Assembly (NCBI RefSeq): GCF_000281045.1
Contig: NW_008246070.1
Location: 44,805-85,689 of the forward strand
Length of the DNA: 40,885 bases
Origin: Saprolegnia diclina VS20
Taxonomy: Eukaryota
Reading direction: 5' to 3'
Shown here: positions 1-11,558 of the stretch, piece after piece
Layout: every line of letters begins with the position of its first letter
How positions within the stretch are numbered: position 1 is the first letter of the stretch
Translations under genes and position numbers: made by a program
The notes under the pieces: generated by a model
Told to the model about the DNA's origin: nothing
Databases searched by the model: none
Seen by the model: only the letters and a program-made list of their open reading frames with translations

Positions 1-929
1 GTTACCGTGGGCTCCACGGTCGCAGTCGAGGGCACCGGCGAAACAGGCGTCTCGGTAGTCGGCACTGGAGGCGTCTGCGTTGGCGTCACCGTGCTTGGCG
101 CTGGAGTCGTCGGAATCGTTGGCACAGGCGTGGGCACTGGCGTCGCCGTGGTCGGAATCGGCGCGTCGGTTGTAGGGCGAGGTGTTCCTGTCGTCGGTGC
201 TGGTGTTTGCGTCGTCGGTGCTGGTGTCTCTGTCGCAGGCGACGGCGTGTCGGTGCAAGGCACTACAGTGGGAACGATTGTTGGTAGCGGCGTCGCCGTT
301 GTAGGCGCGGGCGTCGGGGAAGGTGTTGCCGTGCACGGGCTGATCGGGATTGGAGTCTCGGTCGACGTGGGCCGTGTCGGGGCAGCGCACCGGTGCTCAC
401 GAAAGGCGCCGTCCGACTCGATAGTCCACTGCACCCAGCTGCCATCACCGATACTGGTAGCGTGCACCATCGCGGTGTCAGCGTAGGCGCCAGCGACGCA
501 GTTGTTGCAGCGCGCGAGGAACTTGCCCGTGTCGGCTTGCAGCGCCACCTTGCCGTCGCCCGCCTCCTTGCACGTCCACTGGGCCCACGGCGCCGTCGTC
601 CAGTCGTCCACGTGCACAAACGCTTCGTCCGGGTACGCGGCCCCCGGCGCGCAGTTGTTGCATCGAGACAAGTACTTGCCCGAGTCGGCGCGCAGAGCGA
701 TCTTGCCGTTGCCCGTGTTGACGACAGTCCACTGCGCCCACGGCGACGAGGCGGGCGTCTTGACGTGCACGAAGGCCGAGTCCTTGTAGGCGCCGCCCGC
801 GACGCAGTTGTTGCAGCGACCAATGTAGTTGCCGGTATCCGATCGGAGCGAGATGACGTCGCCGTCCTTGAAACAGCACTGATCGGCGGCAACGACAGCC
901 GCAGCCGAGAACGCAGCAAAGCGCAGCAT
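1..929 (-). CDS. Secreted protein: signal peptide, three-repeat fascin/ricin-like beta-trefoil and Pro/Thr-rich mucin-like tail (3' end outside window)
   Basis: Not in the ORF track because it runs off the edge. From ATG 929 it reads MLRFAAFSAAAVVAADQCCFKDGDVISLRSDTGNYIGRCNNC... Three ~50-aa repeats share (I/V)(S/A)L(R/Q)(S/A)D(T/S)G.(Y/F)..RCNNC..G...D.A.VH....W.QW, followed by a TETPAPTT-type low-complexity tail from about 385 to 1. Confidence 0.85.
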   Translation of the reverse strand, partial: MLRFAAFSAAAVVAADQCCFKDGDVISLRSDTGNYIGRCNNCVAGGAYKDSAFVHVKTPASSPWAQWTVVNTGNGKIALRADSGKYLSRCNNCAPGAAYPDEAFVHVDDWTTAPWAQWTCKEAGDGKVALQADTGKFLARCNNCVAGAYADTAMVHATSIGDGSWVQWTIESDGAFREHRCAAPTRPTSTETPIPISPCTATPSPTPAPTTATPLPTIVPTVVPCTDTPSPATETPAPTTQTPAPTTGTPRPTTDAPIPTTATPVPTPVPTIPTTPAPSTVTPTQTPPVPTTETPVSPVPSTATVEPTV

Positions 930-942
930 TCGTCGTCGAGAG

Positions 943-958
943 CGAATTGAAAAGTGAG
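943..958 (-). promoter_or_regulatory. Oomycete INR/FPR-like core promoter element
   Basis: Minus strand CTCACTTTTCAATTCG about 14 nt upstream of ATG 929; resembles the oomycete consensus GCTCATTYYNCAWTT. Confidence 0.55.
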
Positions 959-1510
959 ACTCGTCGCCATTCGGATCAAAGTACCACCGGCGGCGGCGCG
1001 AGCACTGCATGTGCAGTGGCAGAAACCATCGATTTGCTTTGCTTTTCACGAGCACGGCCAGAGCCAGCGTCGACGCAGCGCGCAAGTAACGCGCATCGTA
1101 TGCAACGGATTGCCATATGGTGCCAAACGGACGGCCAGAAAGAGGCGGACATGTTCTCCACGAAGCTCCCCGAGATGCGCGCACCCATCGTCATACCCAC
1201 GCACGGCTGCCAGTACAACTACGAGGTACCACGTAGATACGTACGTGAAGACTCACTTGAACGTACTTGCGGGTGCAAAGTCGGTGGTGGTGACGCGCCA
1301 CCCACCATATTGGCGTTGGCGAGTCCTAGAGGAATGCCAGTGGTATTGGGCTGCACGTCACGTTACCACGAGCCCATCCGCTCATCCGCTGTGAGTAGTA
1401 CGTTCGATTGGCTTGGCTTCTCGTCGGCGCCATCTCGCCCACCGCGACGTCACAAATGATCGGTCGGACGGTTACGATTGCGTCATCAGGCGACACCGTT
1501 TCGCATCGAC

Positions 1511-4500
1511 ATGCCCTCGACGCTCGTGGCCGTAAAGGCGTCGCGCTGGGCACGCATGTATGACGTGGCAGGCGTCATGTACCTCGTGGCTTCGATGGGT
1601 CTCAGCGTCGTTGCGCTCTTTCTCTCGTCCGAGTACCTCGCCAATGACCTCTTCTGGCCGACTTTGCCGTCTTCGTCGGCGAGCTTCGCCGCTGTTTTCA
1701 ATAACAAGCTCGTGCTCGAGGCCGCTGAGCCAATACTGGACGTCACGCAGGCAGTCTTGGCGCCAAGTGTCGTCGGCAGCTTCTCGCCGGTGTACCCGCG
1801 ACCAACGAGCTTCACCCAGAACACGGCAAGCCACCACGCAGCCCACGGCCACCGACACCCAGCAACAAGCCAAGACCACACGAAGCACGCACAGCAGCAA
1901 CAAGCGGACCACGAACGCCACCACGACAGCCAGTAAACACAGCACCCCCAAGAGCACGACGAGCGCCTCCAGAGCGACAACGCCGCCGTGTACATGGAGA
2001 CTGTTTTGCGCAACACCGACGTCAACGCGTTCGCTGCGCTGACCCAAGGGCGATTCGAGGCCTACTTTACACAGCCGATCGCCGACACGGGTCACGACGG
2101 AGCAGAGTGGGTCGCCGCCCTCTACGCCCACAAGCGCATGTCTGCGGCCGACGAGGTGGCGCTCTGGGCCGCGCACGGCTGTCGTCGGTTCGTGCTGCAG
2201 TACGGCAACCGCGACCGCACGGGACTCCTCGAGACGATTCGCTTGCGCAACGTCTTCAACGTCGAGTACGCGTACCCGATCAAGGCGATCGAGAAGGTGT
2301 CGCCGACGCTCTACTGGACGACGAGCAACTTGTACGGCCTCTTGTACGACGACTTGTACGCGCTAAAGCCCAACATGAGCTTCATTCGAAGCACGCCGAC
2401 CTTTTGGGCCGACGACAACCCGAGTTTGATCGAGACGTACAACAACGGCAGTCCTCTCAGCGCGTTGGCCGCCGCGCTGCACGCGCAGGTCGGTCTCCTC
2501 GGGGCCATCGACGCCGTCTGGGTTCCACCACCGGCCGCACTCGTGGCTGCCGTGCGTCAGCTCCAGAGCGCTGTCACTGCAGGCGCGCAAGTCAACCCTG
2601 CGCTTCAACGCTTTCTTCTAGCCGGCGACAATGCTATGGTCTTGACGCCGACACCACGGCAATGGCAAGACCCGTCGCTGCGTTTTGCGGGCGGGAACCT
2701 GCTCTGCCTCACGGGGGCGCGCCAGACGTACGTGCAGGAGGCCATTGGCTACGACGATGCGTGCAGCACGCAGATGCCGCTGGCAGTGCCGTGGGACCCG
2801 CTGCGGAGCCTCTTCGCCGTCGCCTTTACGAACGGCACATGGACCGGCGCCATTTGTGCCCAGTGTCCCAGCGCGCAAGCAATGGCCTGCAACGCAGCCT
2901 TGGGACGCACCCACGCCGCAGCACAGACGCTGTCGCTCGGCAACATGACGATATCGTCGCTGCCACCGATTGCGCTGACGCAATACGTGTTTACTTCGGC
3001 GAACGCCACTGGCGCGCCGCAGATCCAGCTGCAGCAGATTCTCGACCCGTCCTGGTCCTTCTTCGGCGCCATGATGCTCTACGACTGGGCAACCAACGCG
3101 CGCGAGGTGCTCTCGCTCCAAGGAGACGTGCAGAAGATCGTCGCCATCTCCAAGGCGTATACGCCTATACCCCCGACGTTCACGCCACCGTCTGCGATGC
3201 TGGGCACATACCTGTGCGTCCTCTCGTCGACAGTGAGTCTCTGGCTCGTTTTACTTGGCGTGATGGTCCTAATCCTGCGTCGTCGACGCCACCGCGCCCG
3301 CGACCTCTTCTTCTTCAACCGCATCACGAGCGCTGTATGGGTGACGCGCGTTGCAGTCATTATTCGAGGCGCGACGGCAGTGGCAATCTTGGCCACGAGC
3401 GAGCTCACAGCGGCGCCCAAGCCGGCACTGAGCTACCTTAGCATCCTGTCGCGGTCCCCGCTTGCTTCATGTCTCCTCGCGAATGAGGCCAACTGGCTTC
3501 TCTACGTTGTGCATGAGCTCATCGCGCCCATCTGTCGCCCTGGCGCGCTCAAGCGGGTGGCGCCACTCGCAACACTTCTCTGTGGCGTCTGTATAGCTCT
3601 CTTGGACGTCTTGTCGCCAGTTCAAGTCTCGGCGACGCTATATCGCAGCTGCCACACTGTGAACATGGATCAAATGGTGTACTGCAATAGCGGCTCGGTG
3701 GATATCGGGAGCTGGTATCGAGCGCTGTGGATCGCAATCATCGTACTCGTCGCCGGTCTCGGGACGATGGTCGCAGCAGCTCTGCAGCCGCCGCAGCCGG
3801 CTAGGAAACTGATCGAGGTCTCGCCGTACCTTTCGTGGGCAGCACTTACCTTCTTGGAGGACACGACCGTGCTAGATGACGCCGTCTTGGCTATGAGTGG
3901 GATCTTTCGTACGTCGGAGCAAAGGCTCTTTGATAGCAAGCTCTGGCTCTTTGTACAGAGACCGACGCCCAACTCGCCAACGTCGATGCTGCTCCAAGAT
4001 GCGCTGCCGCCGGCGCCAGAACCAGTGGACAAGCGCAGCCGACGACTCTTCCATCGCAGCCTTGCGCTCGGAGGCATCGTGTACCTCGCGTTTACTCTCT
4101 CTAACAACATTGCCTACTTGGGTGTCCTCGCGACCGGGCTCTCCAACGACTTTGGCTGGTCCGGCTTCAACACGTCAGGCATGCACGTCTACCTCGCCAA
4201 GCGCGTCAACTTTGAGCTTCTCCTCGCGTCCAAGACTACTCTCTTGCTCGACAGTCCGTCGCTCGGGGACGTGGGCGCCAACTACAGCGGCACAAACACT
4301 AACGTGCTTTGGCCTCCAACGCTGGCGCGGCGCGAGCTCTTCCGGCCCGATGCTGCTTTGGAGGGTGTCATCGCGGGTCTTCGCTCGATGAACCCGTGCA
4401 ACCTGCCGTGGATGTTTACGCAATACTGCTTTGTCGACTTTGACCGGCGGTGGTCGATGGCTGCGACGGCGGCGCGTCACGTGCGCTGCAGCACAAGATA

Positions 4501-6709
4501 CAAACCGAACGGCGCTGTGTACTTGGAGGCGCCGCTGCGCAATCTTGGCGACTGGGACGCGTGGCACCGCTGCTGGGGAGACTCGTTCGACATCGGCCTT
4601 GCTTCGCACCTGCAAGAGTCTGAGGCGGGTCGGCGCTGGCTAGCATCGGTTGCCACCGGCGGCGTCGCAATACCGGATGAAGTGGTCTACTGGCACGCGC
4701 ACGGTATCGACAGCTTCGTTCTGCAGTGGCAAAACTTCAAACTCACGGGCTTTCAAGACGCGATGGTGCTGGCGACGGCGCTCGGCACTGCGTATTCGCT
4801 GCCACTCACGACGTTCACCGGGTCGTTCCGCTTGGACATGCAAACGTCCATGCACTTGTACTGGGCGCCCGCGAACGACTTTTGGGCTATCGCAAGCAAC
4901 GCGTCCGGCGTTGGCGGAAGCAGTCTCGTTCGCACGTCGGCCAACTTTATGTATGCCAACACGACACCGGACGCCGTCTTGCGCTCCAACGGCTCGCTCG
5001 CGTCGCCGCTGCCCGCCGGCCTCGCCCCCGTCGTCACCGCTCTCGGGCCGTTCGGCGCCATTGATACCAACTACGTCCCGTGTCCGGCGTCGCTCATCAC
5101 GTACCTCGGCACCTTCTCGCATACGCTTTCAATGCTGCTGTTTACAGACCCCCACGCAGCACTGAAGTATTCGCAGCTGCCAATCAAGTCGTTCCTTGGG
5201 CCTATGCCGCATCGCCTCTTGCACCAAACCGACGTCAACATTGTCGGCGGCGACCTGCTGTGCGGCGGTGTCGTCGCCGGCGCCCAGCCCTCGCTCGGCC
5301 TCTTCATGTCGTTTGGCGTCAACAACCTCTGCAACTGGTGGTACAGCGAGGCGATGTCGCCAACGGCCGCCCAGCTGCTCTTTGCACTGCTCGCGTTTGA
5401 CGTCAACGCCAACCTCGTCGACGCCGATGACTTTTGCAGCCAAGACGTGTTTGTCGAAGCCACGTGCGCGGGTCTCTACGTGGCGCACATCCACTTTCTC
5501 AGTACGTACAACTTGACGACATTCCAGTCGCTCGCGGCAACGACGATCGCCGTCCGCGCGGACGTCCGAGCCATCGGTGTTGGCCTCGTGCAGTTTTTGC
5601 AGCCAATCAATGGAACGACGGAGCAGACGCTGTACGAAGCGCACCTCTTGGACGACGACGACCGCAACTGGAGCTTCTATAGCTGGTGTTTTCTCTACGA
5701 GTGGGCGATCGGGCTTCGCGAAGTCGTCGCGTTCGAAGGAGATTTTGGCACGCTCCCGCTCCTCTCGAGCGCCATCTACCCCGCCACAGTGACACTCGAC
5801 CCGTCCCAAGTGCCCACGCAGATTGCATATCTCTTCCATGCGTGCGCCACGTACGTCACGTACGTCTTCATCGTGCTGTCAGGCGTCCTCAGCGTCTACA
5901 GCCTCGCGTGTCGCGGCCGTATCGAGGGCTGGAGCCTCTTTGACATCAACCGGCTCGTGGGGCACGTGTGGGTGGGGCGTCCGCTCTTGGTTCTCCGGTC
6001 CATCACGGCCATGTGGCTTCTCAACACGACGCCATTGACCCTGACCCTGACGCCTCACGCAGGCACGCGCCTCGCGTCGCCGCCGCTGCCATGGTACACG
6101 ACGCTCCTCGCGGCCTCGGAGCTCACGTGGCTTGTCTACATCGTCAACGACCTTTTGAGCTGCTTCTTGCACCAGCGCACGCCCCACTACGCGACGCACA
6201 GCTCGTTCTTGACGTACGTCTGCGCCGTCGTCTTTACGTTAGCGTGGCCGCAAGGCTACGTCGCGACGCTCCGCCGGACGTGCGTCTACGTCGATATGGA
6301 CGCGGCGCTCTCGTGCTCGAGCGCAACCATCGATATTGGCAACGTCGTGCGCATCGCTGCAGACGGCGCGTTGGTGCTCTGTTGCGTCGGCCTCGCCGGA
6401 CGGTACGAGTGCTGGGCGCACCGGCACCGGCACAAGATCGTGCTGCCGACTGCGCTCTTGAGCTCGGTAGGCTACTACATGCTATACCTCGAGCACTGGT
6501 GCGTCAACGGCGGCGTATACGTCGACCAAGCGTCGGCCGCCATGGCGGGCCTCCTCACGGTCTACTGGCAAGAGTCGCTCTACATCTTTGACATCAAGCT
6601 GTGGCGGCTTCATCGCAAGCCGAGCTACCGCGGCGAGCTCGACCTCCTCACACAGCGACGCTTCCACTACGCGATTCCGCTGGACGACCTCGCGGTCATG
6701 GCGCCGTAG
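1511..6709 (+). CDS. Large multi-pass membrane protein with two homologous halves (uncharacterised oomycete family); one in-frame TAA at 1934-1936 inside a corrupted segment
   Basis: ORFs 1478..1936 and 1988..6709 share a frame, giving about 1732 codons from ATG 1511. Motif pairs between halves: LANDLFWP/LSNDFGWS, NAAVYMETVLRN/NGAVYLEAPLRN, DEVALWAAHG/DEVVYWHAHG, GGNLLC/GGDLLC, YDWATNAREV/YEWAIGLREV, FNRITSAVW/INRLVGHVW, FDSKLW/FDIKLW. Many hydrophobic TM segments. Confidence 0.85.
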
Positions 6710-6744
6710 GTGGACAGGCGTAATAGCTAACGATTGTATTAGCA

Positions 6745-7888
6745 CTATTTCAACAACTCTATCGTCGCGAGACTGGTCGATTCGGGCTTGACGTCCGGAG
6801 CGATCTCGGCTTTGAGATTTGGAATCATCTCGGCTTCCGGAGACATGTCATTCGTCTGGATGCCGTCGACGAGCGCCTGCATCCACAGCCCGTCGTCGTC
6901 GTCATGCGGCGCCAACACTGGTAGCTCCATCTTCTGGCTACCCAAGAGCCGCGCTCGGATCTTGTCTTGCGAGAGCCCTTGGCGTTGCCGCGGTGTGCGG
7001 AGCTGCGGGTCGACGTCACCGTGGTACCTCGCAATGTGCCGCTTGAGCACGTGCTTGTACGTGAAGACTTCGAGGCAAACGTCGCAGGCGAACCGCCGCG
7101 CGCGCTCGTGCACGGTGCGCGTGTGCGAGTTGAGGTTCGTCTTGGAGAGGTACGTCTTGCCGCAGTCGGGACACGGGAACCGCGTCGGTGCGCCCTCGTG
7201 CAACCGCTCGTGTTCGCGCAGCGTCTTGCGCGAGCTCAGCGTCGCGTGACACACCAAGCACGTGAAATGGACGTCGACGTCGGAAAGGCCGATCGTGAGC
7301 GTCGCGCCGCTGTGGCTCGAGAGCGTGTGCTTGGTCAGGAGGCACTTCTTCGTAAACGCCGCCGTACATCCCGGCTCAGGGCACGGGAACGGTATAACGC
7401 CTGTGTGGACAAAGGCGTGGGCTTGAAGTCCCGACTTCTTCTTGAACGCCGCTTGGCACACAGTGCAGACGTACGGCCGCGCCGCGTTGTCGTGCGCTGC
7501 GGCTACATGCCTCGTGAGCCCATGCTTGTAGACGAACGCGGCGCCGCATCGGTCGCAGACGTGGGCCCGCTTCGTGTCTATGGATAAAGTCGCCTCCGAG
7601 CCATCGTACGGTCGTGGCGCGTACCTTCGTGCACGGCCTTGACGTGCCGGACCAAGTGGTCTTTCCTATTGCATGCGTGGGCGGCGAGGCGTACGCGGCG
7701 ACGTACCGTTGGTAGGCTTTGCCGCAGGCGTCGTGCGGGCAGACAAAGTTGCGCTCGCCGGTGTGGCTCAGCTGGTGCTGGAGCAAGTGGGCGTTCTTGG
7801 TGAAGCTCGCGCCGCAGTCGTCGCAGACGTGGACGCGCAGCTGGTCGTCGGGCCCGTCGTCCGACACCAAGTCCCAACCCGAGTCCAT
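6745..7888 (-). CDS. C2H2 zinc-finger protein, 8 fingers, TFIIIA-like (~351 aa)
   Basis: Exons 7888-7707, 7665-7625 and 7577-6745 joined by GT-AG introns of 41 and 47 nt. Fingers: CDDC..HQLSH, CPHDAC..HVKAVH, CDRC..HVAAAH, CTVC..HAFVH, CPEPGC..HTLSSH, CLVC..HERLH, CPDC..HTRTVH, CDVC..HIARYH; HTGERNF linker. Confidence 0.88.
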
Positions 7889-9135
7889 CGCGCGATCCAA
7901 CCAGTGCCACGACTGCGGACCAATCCTACGCCGCCATCGTATATATATTTTATTCAGCATACAAAAAACAAGCTATTTAATACAAAATCTCGATTTGTGC
8001 GGCAGAAGCGCGCGAACTTCGCGCTCGTCAGACGAATTCGACTAGCTAAGGTTTAGTCGATTCATAGCGACTAAAGCGGGAGGGATCTGCTCGTCGTGCA
8101 GTTCGCTTATTTGTGCACGCTACACACGAGCTGCGGCTTCTATTTGTCTGGATGCATAGCGACGCGGTCGTGGCGATGCAACTTGGAACACTTCGAATAC
8201 TCCTACATCGTCGTACTGCACGAGGCTTAGTTAGTCGACGAAGTACACATGGAGTTGATCATTGCGCTGTCGCAGTGGCGATCTGCCAGCCGCGCCGTCT
8301 CGATGATACACGGCGCCACTCTACGAAGACTGGCTTCTCCGCGCTGCAGGAAACGACTTCAAGTCCACACGCATCTCGCCCTCGCAAGAAGCACCGTGAA
8401 CGTCATCTCGCTCGCGCAGGTACAGCACCCAGTAGGTCGTCCTATATCTACTAGCCGCTTGTACTATACTAGTACGAGACTCACCGTGAAGGAACAAAAG
8501 CGGAGAACCCATCGTGCGAGACACACGATAGCTGTCGCGTCTCCTACACGTTGGTTGCTACTCACACAGAGCCCAGCTACGCTCTTGAGCTGCTGCGCCG
8601 CCTCGAGCGAACGCCAGTCGAACGTTATTAGTTAGTCGCCACGGCCCGCGCGTTCGGCGGCAAATAATCTGTGGTGGCCTGGCGTGCGCGCCGCAACATT
8701 ACGAATAATTAGTCGACCGCAAATGAGAACGCGGCCTCGCAGCGATGTACACTTTGCAAGTCACGTGTCCCATCCTGAACACAATCCGGCCCTCTACCAC
8801 GCGACCGACTAAACGACTAACTCTGAATCAGCTTGAATGGCAGCAATTCTAGGCCACGCGCGGTCGCACGCCAGCGTCTCTCGACTTGGCAATGCAGCTG
8901 CGTACACGGTACATATTTACGTGGCGGACAAGGTGCACGCAGCGCCAGTACAGTGTACGAGTAGCTGGCGTCGACTGAGGAGCTGAGGAAACGAAGTTGC
9001 GCGCAGCTGGTTGCAGGCTGGTCCGGATCCGGATAGAGTGCATACAAATCTAGAAACGAAAAAAGGTCCAGTGTGGTGGGCCGAGCTGCCACTTGCGAGC
9101 AAGCCGCCGACCAGCCGCCCATCGCCTTCGGTATC

Positions 9136-10115
9136 ATGGGCAACTCGTGCGCGCGCATCAACCTCGAGCATGTCAACACCGACTCCATGTCCTCCGTGCA
9201 GCAGCGCCAGGTACGCTCGTCAAAGCTGTGCCAAGCTCACCAACTGCAGCAGCGCCACTGGACCGACTCGACGCAGCCGTCGTCCGCGAGCCACGCCGAA
9301 GAGATGGCGCGCCGGCCAAAGTCGTCGTCGACAGGCAGCGCTGGGCGCAAGTCGTCCAAGTTCTCGTTCAACTACAAGCGCAAGGACTCGGAGTTCCCGA
9401 TCGTGCAGGAGGCGGGCACGCTCGAGATTGGCAACTCGCGCTCGGGCTTCAAGTACACGAGCATGCCCATAAAGAAGCGCAACGGCGAGTTCTACCGGTC
9501 CGACACCAACGATGAAATGGTACGTTGAACGGCCAACGCCTTATCACGTCGGTGGCTAATTTTGGCCATTTGCAGATGAGCATCGACATCGACTTGATCC
9601 TCGGGACGCCGCCCGACTCGCCCGGCGTCATCCACGCCCGGTGGGGCGAGCCGGTTGAGGACCCGGACGAGGAAGAAACGTGCATGGACTTCAAGGGCAA
9701 CCCGTTCCGCGTTGGTTTCTGCATCAACTGCCAAAAGCAGCACGAGATTGACGCGTCGGGCGAGGTCAAGACCGTGCTCGAGTACAAGCGCATCTCGCAC
9801 TTCAACGCGTGGCAGCTACAACTACCGGCGAACCCCAACATCTCGGTCCACCCGGACGCGGTCGTGGGCGTCGGCCGCGCCAACACGAGCCACAGCCGGC
9901 GGAACTTGACGTTCTCGAACCTCAGCGACAGCAGCCGCGAGTCGGACGTGGATCTGACCGAGATCCTCCGCCAGCGCCGCGATATCCTGCTCAAGCTGCA
10001 AGGCCTCAAGTACGCGCCGTCCCAAGTGCCCTCGACGGCCGTGTACAGCAGCACGGGCAGCAGCGCGTCGTCGCGCTCGGCCCAGCGAGACCCATCGAAC
10101 GAAGATTGGTTATAG
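9136..10115 (+). CDS. Hypothetical protein with N-terminal myristoylation/palmitoylation-type motif (MGNSC) and a small Cys/His motif (~294 aa)
   Basis: ATG 9136; probable in-frame intron 9211-9249; intron 9520-9575 (GTACGT...GCTAAT...TGCAG) joins ORF 9073..9528 to ORF 9525..10115. Contains CMDFKGNPFRVGFCINCQKQH. Confidence 0.75.
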
Positions 10116-10160
10116 ACTGCGCACGTTCTAACTCGTTTATTTATGACAACTACATACTTG

Positions 10161-11558
10161 TTACGACTCGACGGTGCCGATGACTGCGAGGCCGCACTTG
10201 CCGCTCGGACTCTCAATGTCGAGGACGCCAGAGATAGCGCCCGGACGGTCAAACGTGGCAACCACAAGCAGCGTCGCGCTGAGTCCGGGTGCGATCTTGG
10301 CCTTCTCTCGGTCGTACTCGACCTATCCACGTTGCAGGCGCAGTGCATCGAGCGACGTTAGTACCGTGACCGACGAACACTCGGCGCCGCCTGCCTTGAG
10401 GGCGATGGACCGGACCCGAAACCGCTCTTGCTTGGTGCCAAAGTTGCGGATCTAAGAACCGCCTTCTGTGCCTCATGTAGCGGTAGCCAACTATACCTTG
10501 ATGGGGAAGTGATATGTCTGGCCCCGGCGAACGCGGTCAAAGTTGATGATGCTCGGCTCGACCTCCATGAGCGACAAATGCTTGAGCGCAATCGGCGGGC
10601 AGTGCTGCTCGGGTTTCGTCGGCGACTTTTTGGGGGACCGCAGCGGTGACTGGGACGGGGACGGCGGCGACGACGTGGCAAAGAAGCCATAGCGGCCTTC
10701 CGACGACATTGGCCGGTGACCGCCGCTACCCGGACTCCCGCCAACGTCCGGAGAAGTATTTGGTCGCGCGAGCATACTCAGCGCGTAGGCAGCGTTGCGC
10801 GCGTGGGCTGTAGACGGCGGCAGCGGCGTCGACCGTGGCGAGTAGTGGTGCAGGCGCACGAGGCTCGCAAACGCAGTGTCCTTGGAGAGGTCGATGTGGG
10901 ATCCCACTTGGGCGTGGGCCTTGAAGGACGAGGCTTCGGGCGGCCGCTTGGCGATGGACGGCAGCAGGCGCGGCGGCGCAGCGTGCGGCGTTGCCACTCC
11001 CACGAGGGACCGCAGCCCGTGCTCGGTGAGAACCCACACGTTAGGCCCAGTTTGCTTCCTACAAGTGACGTGAGAGGACGCGCGCACCATCGTCATCGTT
11101 GACCAAATGGGCTCGGCGGGCGGGTGGGGCGGCGACGGCGGGCGCTTGGCGTACGGGCTCGTGGGGGGGCAGTTGAGCGCAAACTGCGGCGGCTTGCGGT
11201 TGAGCGTTCCGTGCGCTTTCGAGTACGCTTGCTTGAAATCGTGGATGTTTTGGGCGTTGTGCCGCAGCACAAAGTCCTCGCTGCGGGGCTTGGGCAGCGA
11301 CCGGCAACTGTACTCTTTTCGCGGCGAGTATGGGCCATAGTCCTGGAGCACCTCGAGCATGAGCTGACTCTTCTCGTCCAGGACGCGCCGTGTTGGCTGC
11401 CGCGTCGGCGACGAGGGCGATCGCAGCAAAGTGCGCTCGGTTTGCTGTCGGCGCGCCGAGTCGAGCACGGCGCGTGAGGACCGCGGCGACGGGAAGCCCG
11501 CCCGCACCTCGGCCGCTCTCTCCTCGACCCGCGCGTCCACCGCCGGCGTCTGCACCAT
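10161..11558 (-). CDS. Ser/Pro/Arg-rich protein with C-terminal ASH/MSP (PapD-like Ig-fold) domain, possibly ciliary or centrosomal (~436 aa)
   Basis: Exons 11558-10497, 10451-10365 and 10322-10161 with GT-AG introns. Spliced C-terminus: EVEPSIINFDRVRRGQTYHFPIKIRNFGTKQERFRVR...IAPGLSATLLVVATFDRPGAISGVLDIESPSGKCGLAVIGTVES, matching the V.P..I.F / I.N / I.PG pattern. Confidence 0.75.

Noticed and set aside
7..486. Gly/Val-rich plus-strand ORF
   Set aside because: Antisense shadow of the Pro/Thr tail of the minus-strand secreted protein.
8050..9130. Short ORFs between the zinc-finger gene and the 9136 gene
   Set aside because: No codon bias, motifs or convincing splice model; consistent with a divergent promoter region.
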